Below, piece after piece: positions 1-11,600 of a stretch of 64,000 nt of DNA. The DNA lies in contig NMRA01000053.1 of assembly GCA_002633005.1 (NCBI GenBank), positions 186,001 to 250,000 on the forward strand. Direction: 5' to 3'. Position 1 is the first letter of the stretch, and the number at the start of each line of letters is the position of its first letter. The translations under genes were made by a program, and so were the position numbers. The notes under the pieces were generated by a model, which did not search any database, was not told the origin of the DNA, and saw only the letters and a program-made list of their open reading frames with translations. Source of the DNA: Phoronis australis (Eukaryota; Animalia; Phoronida).

Positions 1-480
1 TTTTTCATATTCATTAAACAAATGAATATATATTCAAAGCTGACTGAAAATGCTTGATATTCATTTTTTTCCATATTAGGTCTAAAGCAAAGGTCATTTT
101 AAAACCTTATCTTTGGTGTCAGAAATTTGCTAAAAGTCAGAAAGTTGTTAGAATAAAATATCAACCAATTTCGGACAAAAGCAATTACCGAAAATGTCCA
201 TTTTTCATGTTTAAAGAGCTTCTAATTCTGTTGTGTCAAAAATATTTTCAAAGGGTATGGTAAAAATTCTCCAGTTTGTGACAAAGAAAAATTATTTTGC
301 TCATGGTAAGAGCCTGTGTCAAATTTCAGTAATAGGCAACATTAGCCATCCCTAATTCAAGATTACAAGAAAGATGAATTTTGTATTGGCAGTTGTTTTT
401 TGTGATTTTATCTCTAGACTTTGTTGATGCAAATTGCTGTGTTTTAGAAATATGATGAATGCCAAAATTGCCTGTATGAC

Positions 481-604
481 AATCTTGAAAATCAAAAAAT
501 CCATTCAATTTCCCAATCTTTAGAATCAAAAAATCCGACAATTTCCCAGTCTTGAGAATCAAAAAATCCATTCAATTTCCCAATCTTCAGAATAAAAAAA
601 TTCC
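481..604. repeat. 33-34 bp tandem minisatellite, ~3.7 copies
   Basis: Unit approx. aatcttgagaatcaaaaaatccattcaatttccc. Confidence 0.85.
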
Positions 605-1006
605 ATATAACTGTTACAGTATCTGTGATACCAAACTTGAACATAGAAAAGCATTTAATTTGATGCTACATATCTTTCATGAGCAAGAAGATAAAATGGA
701 ATTTTGCTTGTTGGCCATGTTGCGTCCTAAACTACAGCCAGATTTGATTGTGATGTACAACATGGTAGTTTTGCAAGGGAGCACTTGTAGGATAAAGGGG
801 AAGACTATAGTAGTGACCTGTTTGAATCTGGACTTACTAATGATGGGGGAAGTTACATTGCACAAGTGCTATCTTTCATTTGAAAGTCTATACCATCACT
901 TGCCTGAGAAAATAAATCTAAACGATTTCACTGAAGAGTAAAATGTTGTCATAGTTCATAAAGTTTCTTCTTTCTTTTTTATTAGTCAAATCACTTGTGT
1001 GCCCAA

Positions 1007-1483
1007 CAGGCCTTTATCCAAGATTTTGAAAATAGGGTGTCCAAAATGGGGTTCCCAATATTCCAGGGCATCCATGATTCCGANCACAGATTTTTTTACA
1101 AAAAAATGCATAGACCAAGCTGTTTTTACATCTAAGTTTACAAAACAGCCTACTGTAGTGAGCATTTTTACTAAAAAACTGTAGACCAAGACTTTTACAA
1201 TGCTATCAACCAAGTGTGAGCATAGCAACATTTTATATACTTTGTATGTACATTGTATATTTCTTCCTGCTTTGAAAAAGAGCCCCCACTGTGAGTCTTC
1301 AGAGGCTTCCTTATTCATTGCAATGTGCGAGTCCAAACTTGAAAGGTTCCTATTGACAGTGGGCGTCCAAATGATACATTGGGCTCCTTGCCAGGGTTCC
1401 AAATTAGTGCAAATTAGTGCTAGGGCGTCCAAATGCTAGGGCGTCCATTTGGACGCCCAGGACCTACGCTGCATAAAGGCCTG
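1007..1483. mobile_element. hAT-like MITE
   Basis: TIR CAGGCCTTTAT / ATAAAGGCCTG with an exact 8-bp TSD gtgcccaa (999-1006, 1484-1491) and subterminal gggcgtcca repeats. Confidence 0.85.
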
Positions 1484-1773
1484 GTGCCCAATGAAAAAAA
1501 TCATGAATGATGGATATAACTTTGTTTTTTTCAAAAGCAGCTAATTTCATGCTTAAAATTTGTGTCAATTGTATGATTTTGCTTTAGCTTAAATACGTTT
1601 CAATCAATCTGTTTTCTGATTTATGTTAAGCAGCTTCCTGTCCATTGAAAGAACAACAGAATTGATGTTGATTTATGGTTCAATCAAAAACCAAAACCAA
1701 AGAAAGAGTTAGAAGAAACACTTTTGACTTAAAATTGCATTTTGGCTTCCAAGTTCCTTGTCTGCTGTAAAAA

Positions 1774-2033
1774 GGGGCATTTATCAGTTTTGGGGCAAAA
1801 AACATTTTTGGGGTTATTATTGTATGACATAGACCAACGTTGACAACAACAAAGTTCATTGTGTTCTTGTGATCGTATTACAAATTACCAATTGCTGTGT
1901 GACTGACATTTTCTGAAATCAAGGCCGGTCATTTTACCAGTTAAACTCTGCCATTTATCGAATAGGATCACGGGTTTATAGGTTTGATTCTGTGCTGAAT
2001 CTAATCTATGAAAATCACCGTCAACAATGCCCC
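1774..2033. mobile_element. Possible degenerate MITE
   Basis: Short TIR ggggcatt / aatgcccc; TTAA present on the right side only. Confidence 0.3.
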
Positions 2034-2362
2034 TTAAAAGCTGCTTTAAATTGTCTTCAGTCAAAAATTATGTCATGATTTAGACCATATTCATACCTTT
2101 ATAAATCTGGTCTCACCTTGCCCTTATATAAACCAGAGGGTGATTTTCTGCTTGAAAATTGCCTGACAGACCGTTGATACTTAAGACTAGGGTTACTGAG
2201 TTGACTTGTGTGCCATTAGTCCAAAGCAACAATGAACTGTCAGTTCTTTTGGAGCCCTGAAATCACTTCTCATCTGAGTAAAGTACAAGTTGATTCCAGT
2301 ATTATACCGATAAACGACTAAATCAAATGTCACAATTTCTGTTATGGAAGAAGGCCCTTTAA

Positions 2363-3247
2363 AGGTAAAGGCAACCTTTTTTCATGTCACTTTTAGCAAA
2401 AATAATGTTCTTTGATTATCCCAGACATATTTTTCACTTAATTACAGCTTTTCATAATTTAATCAATTATTCGTCCTTACTCCGGAAGTGACGTTTTGGG
2501 AGGCAAGAATTTCACGCCAATTTCTTTTCATATAGTGTGACTGTGAGAGCTGTTGAGTCAGTTATTGTTATACCTCGGCTGTGACACGTTCGGTTGTCGT
2601 TTGCTTTTGTTTATGAGTCAGTCAGTATGCAACACTGTTGCTGTTTACCGGGATGTACTCATTATCGCCCAGAGCCTGTAAGCAGCCCTGCCGCGATGTT
2701 GAGTAGAGGGAGTGAATAGAAGCCCTGTTCAACACCCGCAGTGACGAGGACAGTTCGTCGTCCAATGAATAGATCGGCGAGCCAAATTTTGATAAGTTTA
2801 TTGAGGACTTGTATTAAGTATTGGAGCTATTTAGAAGGTACCAGGTGTGTGGCAAGGGAGTCACACGGCGGGATGTAAGCAGTTTGTGTGTTCAGGTCAC
2901 CATCCAGTGGGAGTGTGTTGCGGAACACTCGGGCTAGTGGAACAATTGTGAGACGATAATGAGTACATCTCGGTATGCAGCAACAATGTGGCATGTTGAC
3001 TGACTCGTAAACAAAAGCAAACGACGACCAAACTAATCACAACAGAGGTAGAACAACGACTGACTTGGTAGCTCTCACAATAAGACTAATTGGTGCAAAA
3101 TACTTACCTCCCAAAACGTCACTTCCGCAGTAAAGGACGAGTAAGTGTTTAAATTACAAAAGCCTGTAATTAAATGAAAAATATGTCTGGGATAATCAAC
3201 GAACCTTATTTTTGCTAAAATGACATGAAAAAAGGTTGCCTTCGCCT
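2363..3247. mobile_element. Kolobok-like fold-back non-autonomous DNA transposon with ~300-bp inverted arms
   Basis: TTAA on both sides (2359-2362, 3248-3251), termini AGGT/CRAAGGCAACC, arms 2363-~2667 and ~2951-3247; same family as the element at 33981. Confidence 0.85.
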
Positions 3248-3718
3248 TTAATGTTGTAACTATATCTGTCCTGTCTAATGCTCTTGACATGTGTGAAAAC
3301 TGTCTGTCACATCTGAAGCTTCCGTGTTTGTGATAGAGTGGAGTTTTGTTCCAAAGCTATCAAAATGCTAAATTTGTCTCTGTTTGGTTCTTCTTAAAAA
3401 TAAAATTGATTTTCATTATCAACTCCTACTAGGCTAATTGCCTGTAGTAAGTCATAGATATATGGAAGACAGGATATCTTGTAAAGTACCTGTCATTTCG
3501 TGATTAGTAAACAAATCTCAGTGTTGTTGGTGACTGAACGCAAATGTGGCTTAAAAGTTTGATGTGCGGAACCCAAAATATTTGTTTTCAGAAATTGTTT
3601 CTGATAAAAATGTTTGAAAAAAATCCAAACTGGAAATGAACACAATGTGAATATATTACTTGTTTCTGTCTTGGACTGGCTTTTCCTAATTGAACATCTA
3701 ATTCTCTGTAATTTCCAG

Positions 3719-3772
3719 ATGTATGGTCCCATTTACCTGTGTCATCCTACGATTCTTCTAAGGGACCAACTA
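3719..3772 (+). CDS. THR: Candidate 54-nt phase 1-1 coding exon of THR (A/B domain; (D)VWSHLPVSSYDSSKGPT(R))
   Basis: It has a ttctctgtaatttccag acceptor and an A|gtaagt donor, and it is open in the phase required by the exon starting at 5488. There is no homology support. Confidence 0.5.
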
Positions 3773-5487
3773 GTAAGTCAAGTGTCAAATAAAGCAATGA
3801 TTCTCCATCAGACAGGAACCCAACTAAATAAGTTTTATACAAATGAACAAAAACATGAGATTTTTCAATTTCAGACTGAAATGAGTCACATAATTACGTT
3901 TTCTCATTTTTCAGTGGGATACAACTTAATGTTCTTAACTGAAGAATCTTAATGATAATTTTATTTGAGAAACCAAAACATTTAAATTTATTTTGTTTTA
4001 GTTGGTGAAAATGATTTCCATTTCATTTTTTCGATGATTTAAAGGCTCTGGAGAAAAGCTTTTTAAAATTCTCACATTGGTAGTATAGTGTTGAAAATTT
4101 TTGAAAGCACATTTCTGCCTTTTTAATCATTTATTCCTATATTTACGTCATTCTTTATTGCCATAGACGTGTGATGGTCAGCAGACCTACTTTAAAACAT
4201 AACCATCTAACTTTATCTTAAGCTGGCCTTCAAATCTGCCTCATAATGGCTGAAATTAAATTCTATCATTAATGATAGCAAGTTATGCAACCACCCATTC
4301 AGATGTACAGATTATCTGGTTCATGGCAGGTCTCTCAGTCCTCACCAAATGTGACCTTGTGTGATAAGAAGCTCTGAGTCTCAGATCTACTTGAGCATTG
4401 TAATTGGCAAGGGTTCTCACTGTTCACAAATATCGGGAATCTTGAGATTCCTCCATTAAAAAAAATAAAAGTGACCTAGCAGTGGAAGGCAAACCCACAG
4501 GACCTGTCCCCCTCTGAATCTGACCTGGACATTTTTCCCTTTTGACAATGCAGAAATGATTATTTGCATGGTTATCATTTATTGTCACGTTGAATTCTTG
4601 TTCATGTGAGAAAGTGTTAATATTTTTTGAGGCATCTTTCAACAAAATCTAGTGAAAGTGTAAGTTGATGATTTTTATCATCAGTTCTATATGATACAAA
4701 ATGGACAATTTCTCAATGAGGGTTGGTTGTATGAGTGCCCCCCTAGGCATCATTATTTCCTCCCCGTGTAGTTCCAAATGTGTTTTTAACAATCCTTTTT
4801 TATTTCAGGGTTTATTTTTAGAAAATATTTGTACAGAATCCCTTTTTCTGTTAGGAAGTCAGATTAGGCGCTCACTGACATTGAGTCTAGGAAGTTCCAA
4901 GACTTATGTTAGCCAAAGACAAATTTAATCAGGATTTTGTCATTAAGATTTTTTTTATTGTTGAAACATGAAGTTTTAAGTTGAAACAGGATTTCACAGA
5001 GTTTTGAAAATTCAACCAACAGATGGCCTGAAATTCCAACAAGAGGTTTTGTTAGCAAATATGGCTGCTGGTCACATGGGACTAATAATAGGTGCTGCCA
5101 CCTGGCTGTGAATGGAAGTAACATAACTTTGGCTATGAAAGGGACACAATTTTTTCTTTGTGAATAGCACCACCTGGGGGATCCACTTGGGTTTGCCTAA
5201 AGCAAACATCGAATTGAAGTTGTTCCTAGCTTGTTCACCAAATGGCATTAGGAATCGACAATCTGTAGTTAAAATTACTCTGCAATTGTTTCCTTTTGAC
5301 GAGGACTGGTTTGCTGTTTTAGCAACTGCCTCTTACTCAGTATGTAATTCCAAGCAACAGTGCTTTGCCAGCACCAGTGTCTGCTGAGAACCCTACACAC
5401 TGCATGTGTGAACAATGGCTCGCAGATCAAAAATAGCAAAATTCTTATGGAAATAAATAAAAAATGCTTCATCGTTATCCGTTGCAG

Positions 5488-5603
5488 GAACACCTTACAT
5501 CCCAAGTTACATGGACCTGTCCAATGGTCCTGAGCCATGTGTTGTATGTGGAGATGCTGCCACTGGATACCATTACCGGTGTATGACCTGCGAAGGATGC
5601 AAG
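5488..5603 (+). CDS. THR: THR exon: first zinc finger / P-box
   Basis: ttgcag|GA...[38 protein letters not shown]|gtatc. Confidence 0.95.
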
Positions 5604-8600
5604 GTATCATCAACTGATGTGGCTTTGTTGATGTTGTTATAGTTGTATTGAAATGTAAATCTTTATCCATCCAGGAAAGTTCATAATCAAAGAAATTAAA
5701 CCTGTTCAGCTGGACTGTGTCAGACTTAGTAAGATCCTTATGCTCTCGGGAGTGACAAACTCCCTTTCTTGAGGAATGGTTGTACCAAAGTGTGTCAGAC
5801 TTAGTAAGATCCTTATGCTCTCGGGAGCGACAAGCTCCCTTCTTGAGGAATGGTTGTACCATAGTCCAGCTGAACAGAGGTTTAATTTATTTGATTGGGC
5901 TATACTTATTACTAATTTGTAGTTGTCTAATGAGAGTCCTTGGTGAATAATTTAAAACATATCCCATTTCTCAGTTTTTTAATTGAAACGTAATGGGGTC
6001 GTTTGGTTCCGCATTCATAGATTATGAGCATGGTTGGGTTACATGTGTATTCTAACGTCATCCTCTGGATAACTTCTGTTGCTGTATGAAACCAAAAAAA
6101 AAATGTACAGCAATGGCATTTTTGCTTGTTAGTGTATGACTTCTATATTACAGACCTCAGGTGAAGAAAGGTTTGAATTTTTTATTTATGGAAATCCCTT
6201 TTTGATCCACAGCTTACTGTTGTCTTTGTAGGGGTTCTTCAGGAGAACAATTCAGAAGAACTTGAAATACCATTGCAAGTGGAATGGAAGCTGCATTATT
6301 GACAAGAACACACGTAACCAATGCCAACAGTGTCGGTTCACAAAGTGCTTAACAGTCGGCATGGCAACTGACTGTGAGTAACAATGAAATTACTGTTTGG
6401 TGTATTTTTATTTTGTTTTTTTTTGTTCTGTGATGCCATGGTGTATTGGGTTGAGAATACATTACAGATAAATATTTTTTTATGTAGCGTATGATTGCTG
6501 ATCTTGAATCAAGGGAATGAAGTCCATATGTTGTTTGCATGACGTGTGTTCTGAAGCTATTTTGGAGTGAAAGTGGCAAGAGAAAGATTATGTGGATCAT
6601 GTAAATAGTGGGTGCGCGCTGCTGTATCTTGCAGAATCTTTATGAGATTGGGCAGATGTGTTCCTATGAAGCTGACAACAGATTACTAGGAGATTTAGAT
6701 CGATTTATCTACCACTGCGTCCCCTAATGGCAGTTTTAGTTTTTTTACCTTTGTCCCTGTAATTTTTAAGTTCTTTGATGGATTTTCATTAAATTTGGCA
6801 AATAGGTTTCTATTAAGAATCCGACATCGCCATTTCATTTTCAGATATATTCTGCGCCACGTAGTGACCACTTTTATTTTTTCTAGTCCGTTTTTGACAT
6901 CCACCTCAAACTGCTTGAAGGATCATTATGAAAATTGACATATGTGTTCCTACCGAAAACAATATGGCTGACATTGGTTTTCAGACGAGCCCAACCACTG
7001 TGGAACCCCTCTGTAAATCTCGTAGGACTTTTGTGAAATTTGGCAAGTGTTTTCATGTGAATATGACAATGATGGACTTATAGATGGATCCGACTGCTGA
7101 TGTGTCTCTTAGTGGCACTTTTAGTTTATCTATGTTTACTGCGGTTGTTTACTGCGGTATCTTTATAGTTTCTGGGCTGTGGCTTTCTTTTAAGGAGACA
7201 ACACGTGTTTTTATTTTTGGACGGTGTTGTTTATTGACAGTATTGCGCTGTGGTTTTCATTACAGTTTAGTCACGTGATACTTACACGTACAGCTAGGCC
7301 ATGTGCTCGTCCCCTTTCTTGTTCTCTATATGAATAGACGTATTATATTTTACTCTCATCTGTGTTGTTTTACTTGTGCTACGAACGCAACGGACGGACT
7401 TAGACATATTCTGTGCCTTGTAGTGTATATTTTTTATTAATTTTCAAGTGTTTTTTGGCTTCGGCTTCTTTATCTGCCTAAGTGGTCAGAGGATTGTAAA
7501 CTAAGATAATTGGCTGATCTTTTCCTACTGACAACAGCACAAATGATGAGTGAGACTACTGTTGCGCCCCTTGTGGCAAGTGTTTTTTGCATCTTACAGT
7601 TGTATTTCCTACCCTGGTTGGATCTTTGTGAAATTCAGCATGTGTATTCCTATAAACACGGTGACAGATAACGACTTCTTTTGGTCGAATCCGACTGTAC
7701 CGTATTGTGGCAATTCTATTTTTTACGTTAGCTTCTGTATCTTTGGAGTTTCTGGACGTATTTTCATGAAATTTGGCAAATAGGTTTATATTAGGGAGGT
7801 GATGAGACCTTCCCATATTCTCCGACAGGTTTAATATATTTTGCATGACTTAATAGCCATCTTTATAAATAATAAATACCCCTGGAAGCATACCGTTTGT
7901 GGTGTTATCGTGGGTGCATTTGAACGCTTTGCATTGCTTTTGTTAACGACGGTGGTTGAAGTGGTTATAATGTGTGAAATATACTAACAAAACCTAATGG
8001 TGGTGTGAAAACTGCCACACTGTAGTTAGAGTAATGTGCAACAAAGGAACACGTTGAATGGTAATAATGGGATTGAAATAAGAACAAATAGGAACCACGT
8101 AAAATAATGGCTAGAAGGTAAGTGACTGAAGGAGTATCATTGGAGTGTGGGGGAAATGATAGCAAGCAAAAAGTTATTATTGACCGGGCACTACTTAATA
8201 AAAATATATGAGCACTGCCCCAGAAATTGCTTTCGCATTATATCCAGGTTCTCATTCACTCCCTTGCACACATTTACAAGTAAGACCGAGCTCAGAGGAA
8301 TAGGAGACACCTTTGTGCAATGCTCGAATGTCAGCCAGTGAAGCCAGGATTTGAATCCAGGTCTCCCAAGCAGGAGTCTGCAGCTTTAACCACTGAGCCA
8401 CACTGTATCCTGACCGGACACTACTCACATGCTGTAAGCTGATTGTGATTAACTGGAATAGTCACGTGGCCCCAAAATCACTGCAGTTTGGCCTATGGTG
8501 TCCACTGATAATAACGTCCTTATCTGTTGCTTGCTGTTTTATTTTCAGTGGTTCTCAATGAGAAACAGAGAATCGCTAAACGGAAACTAATTGAGGAAAA

Positions 8601-11600
8601 CCGAGAACGTCGGCGTGTGGAGACAATGACGGTGGGCTTGAAACATGACAGTTGTCAGCATGACTTCTTGACTGAAGATGACCGACGCCTGATCAACGAA
8701 ATTGTTAGCGCTTATGAACACACGTCAGTGCAGATACCCAAGACCTATACTCTTGTGAGTTTTACACCGTTTGATTCTCACCCACATTGATCTTGCATTA
8801 AATAACAGATCTGTCAAAATTATAAACCACTTGCAGATTTCCAAATTTAGCAGAAAACTATTTTGTTTGATGGTCTCATGCCAGGTCTATAGACCTGGAT
8901 GTGGAAAACATGAGCAAGAGGTCTTACAAGCCTCAAACGTATTCCCACTGTGTACCAGGTTAGCACCATGACACCAAACGAAGTGGGGCAAAAATTCATG
9001 CTTAATCATGAACTTGCAAAAGGTTCATTCAGTCCAATGCAACACTTGGCACATGAAACCATTGCTGTAGTGGTAAAATTAGAGGTAAGTAAACGCCCAA
9101 AGCCCACTGTATCACCTTGATCACTGAACGTAACTTACGGTGCGTAGGCGCTATGTTCAAATGCCAAACGGTGGTTGGCTGTACCTACGCCACATTACAG
9201 CACTGCATGAAACACAAGTTACCACATTATGAGAAAACTCTGCTGTTGCTTCAGCTTCTTCCTATTGTTGATCACGACGAGTCATATTTGTAGTCTGTTT
9301 GTTTAACCACTGGATTTTGGGAAGACGTGCTGAGCAAATCCAAAACATGCTTTTAGTTAGGAGTCTTCATTCCTATTCACCACCAACCGTGATAGCAAAC
9401 AGATTACGTTCATGGGAAACAATGCCTTATGGTGTGTGGGAATGGGAGGCGACAACCATCGATGGGGTAACAAAGATGCCATGATATCTTGGGGAAATTA
9501 GTAAAGCTAATTGTCTTGAGTTTATATTCAACTCTCATTCATGTGTCATTTTTGGTATGGTGCCTGATTGACCGACTTCAAGGAAAAAAACAGTATTTTG
9601 CCAAACCCTTCTCTTATGTCCATTCATGCACACACATTCTTCATGTGTACTGGAGATATCTATTGATGCTAGCGGTTAATTTCTTTGTAGCCTGACTTTA
9701 ACAGTGGGAACAGACGAGAAGGAACCAGTCCTGAGGTGTGGCAACAACTGGCTGAGATCATGACACCGTCTATTGTCAAAGTGGTGGAGTTTGCAAAACA
9801 AGTTCCTGGGTTTGTGGGTGTAAGTCTATTTCTTGATGCCTGGGCAAAGATAATTAGTTTATATCTCTGATCTTCTGCCGTGATTATTTGTGTGTCAGAA
9901 AAGTTTACACCATCTATTCAAGGCCTTAAGGTCCATTCTGTGTTTTGTATAGTTCCCTGTACTTTCAACCGACGAGATCATATCATATTCTTTCCAGTAG
10001 TCATTTTTGGACCTCAGAAATAAACTTAATTTTTTGAAAGAGTGCCTCGGGCAAAATGTTTAAAAACAACACTTATAAAACAATTTTTTCTTCAATCACC
10101 TTTTTGACCAAAGATAAAATCAAATACTTTGAAGAAAACTCAAAAATGTCTAGTTTAAGAAATGTAGCGAAACCTTAGACCTACGATTTGCACACTTTTT
10201 ATGCGCCCACATATTTATATGTGGACGCATTATGCCGTCCGCCCGGGCGGCGTGCGTCCGGCGTCCGCTGCTCTATCTCCAAAATCCTTTGACATACGTT
10301 CATGAAATTTGGCACATATGTTCCATTCATGAATGGGACAGTATGAGCGAACTTTCGGATGGATCCGACTACCGGTGTGCCCCCTAGTGGCAATTTTAGT
10401 TTTTTACGTTTACCTTTGTATCTTCAAAAGTCCTGAACGGATTTTCATGAAATTTGGTATGTAGGCACCTAATAGTGAGATGATGCTATCCTCCCGTTTT
10501 CAGATGGATTCGATGTAGTTTGCGCTACCTAGTGGCCATTTTTTCTGTTTTCGAGTCGACCCCTCTATCAACCAAACCGCTCAAAGGATGATTGTGAAAA
10601 TTGGCATGTATGTGCTTACTATGAAGAGGATGGTTGACAATGATTTTCCGACGACTTCGACTACTGTGGTGCCGCCTAGTGGCAGTTTTGTTTTTTTTGC
10701 GCCTATGGCTGTATCTCCTAAACCGTTTGCAGGATCTTTACGAAATTTATTTAGTATATTTACATAATGTTAGCAATGAACGACGACGACTTTTAGACAG
10801 ATCTGACTACTGGTGTGCCCCCTAGTGGCAATTTTATTTTTTTACGTTTACCTTTGTATTTTCAAAAGTCCTTAACGGATTTTCATGAAATTTAATATGT
10901 AGGCACCTATTAGTGAGGTGACACTATCCTCCCGTTTTTGGATGGATTCGACGTAGTTTGCACCACCTAGTGGCCATTTTTACTGTTTTCGAGTGAAAAT
11001 TGGCATGTATGTGCTTACTATGAAAAGGACGGTTGACGATGATTTTCCGACGATTTTGTGGCGCCTGTGGCAGTTTTGTTTTTGTTGCGCGTATGGCTGT
11101 ATCTCCTAAACCGTTTGCAGGATCTTTACTTAATTTGGTAAGTGTATTTATGTGATGTTGTCTACGGATGACGACAACTTTCGGACACATCTGACTGCTG
11201 CTGTACCCCCTAGTGACAATTTTAATTTTTTACGTTTAACTCAGTATCTTCAAAGGTCCTCAACAGATTTTCATAAAGTTTTAAATATAGGCATCTATTG
11301 GTGTGGTTACGCTATCTTCCTGTTTTTGGATGGAATCGAGGTATTTTGCACCACCTAATGGCCATTTTTTGCTGTTTTTGGTGTCCACCCCTGTATCTAC
11401 CAAATCATTTGAAAATTGGCATATATGTTCTCAGTGTGAAGATGACCTTTGATGATGGTGACTGAGCACGACACAAAAGTTCTGTTGCATGATTAAATTT
11501 TTGTTATGCATTCATTGTGCTATAGTGGCAAGAAACGTGGGCAATAATTTTTGGTCGCAGGCAAATTGACATTCAGTGAGCATAAGCCTAAAAGGGCACT

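Noticed and set aside
481-604. Regularly spaced ~34-bp repeats resembling a CRISPR array
   Set aside because: The units are contiguous with no unique spacers, there are no cas genes, and the context is eukaryotic. It is a minisatellite.
5275-5862. 195-aa minus-strand ORF
   Set aside because: It is antisense to the THR zinc-finger exon and runs through a tandem duplication; no recognisable domain.
7140-7400. Possible solo LTR nested in the repeat
   Set aside because: The segment differs from the flanking repeat family, but I could not fix TG...CA ends or a TSD.
8330-8405. Possible tRNA gene
   Set aside because: A and B boxes are present, but no complete cloverleaf can be drawn and a SINE-like body and tail follow.
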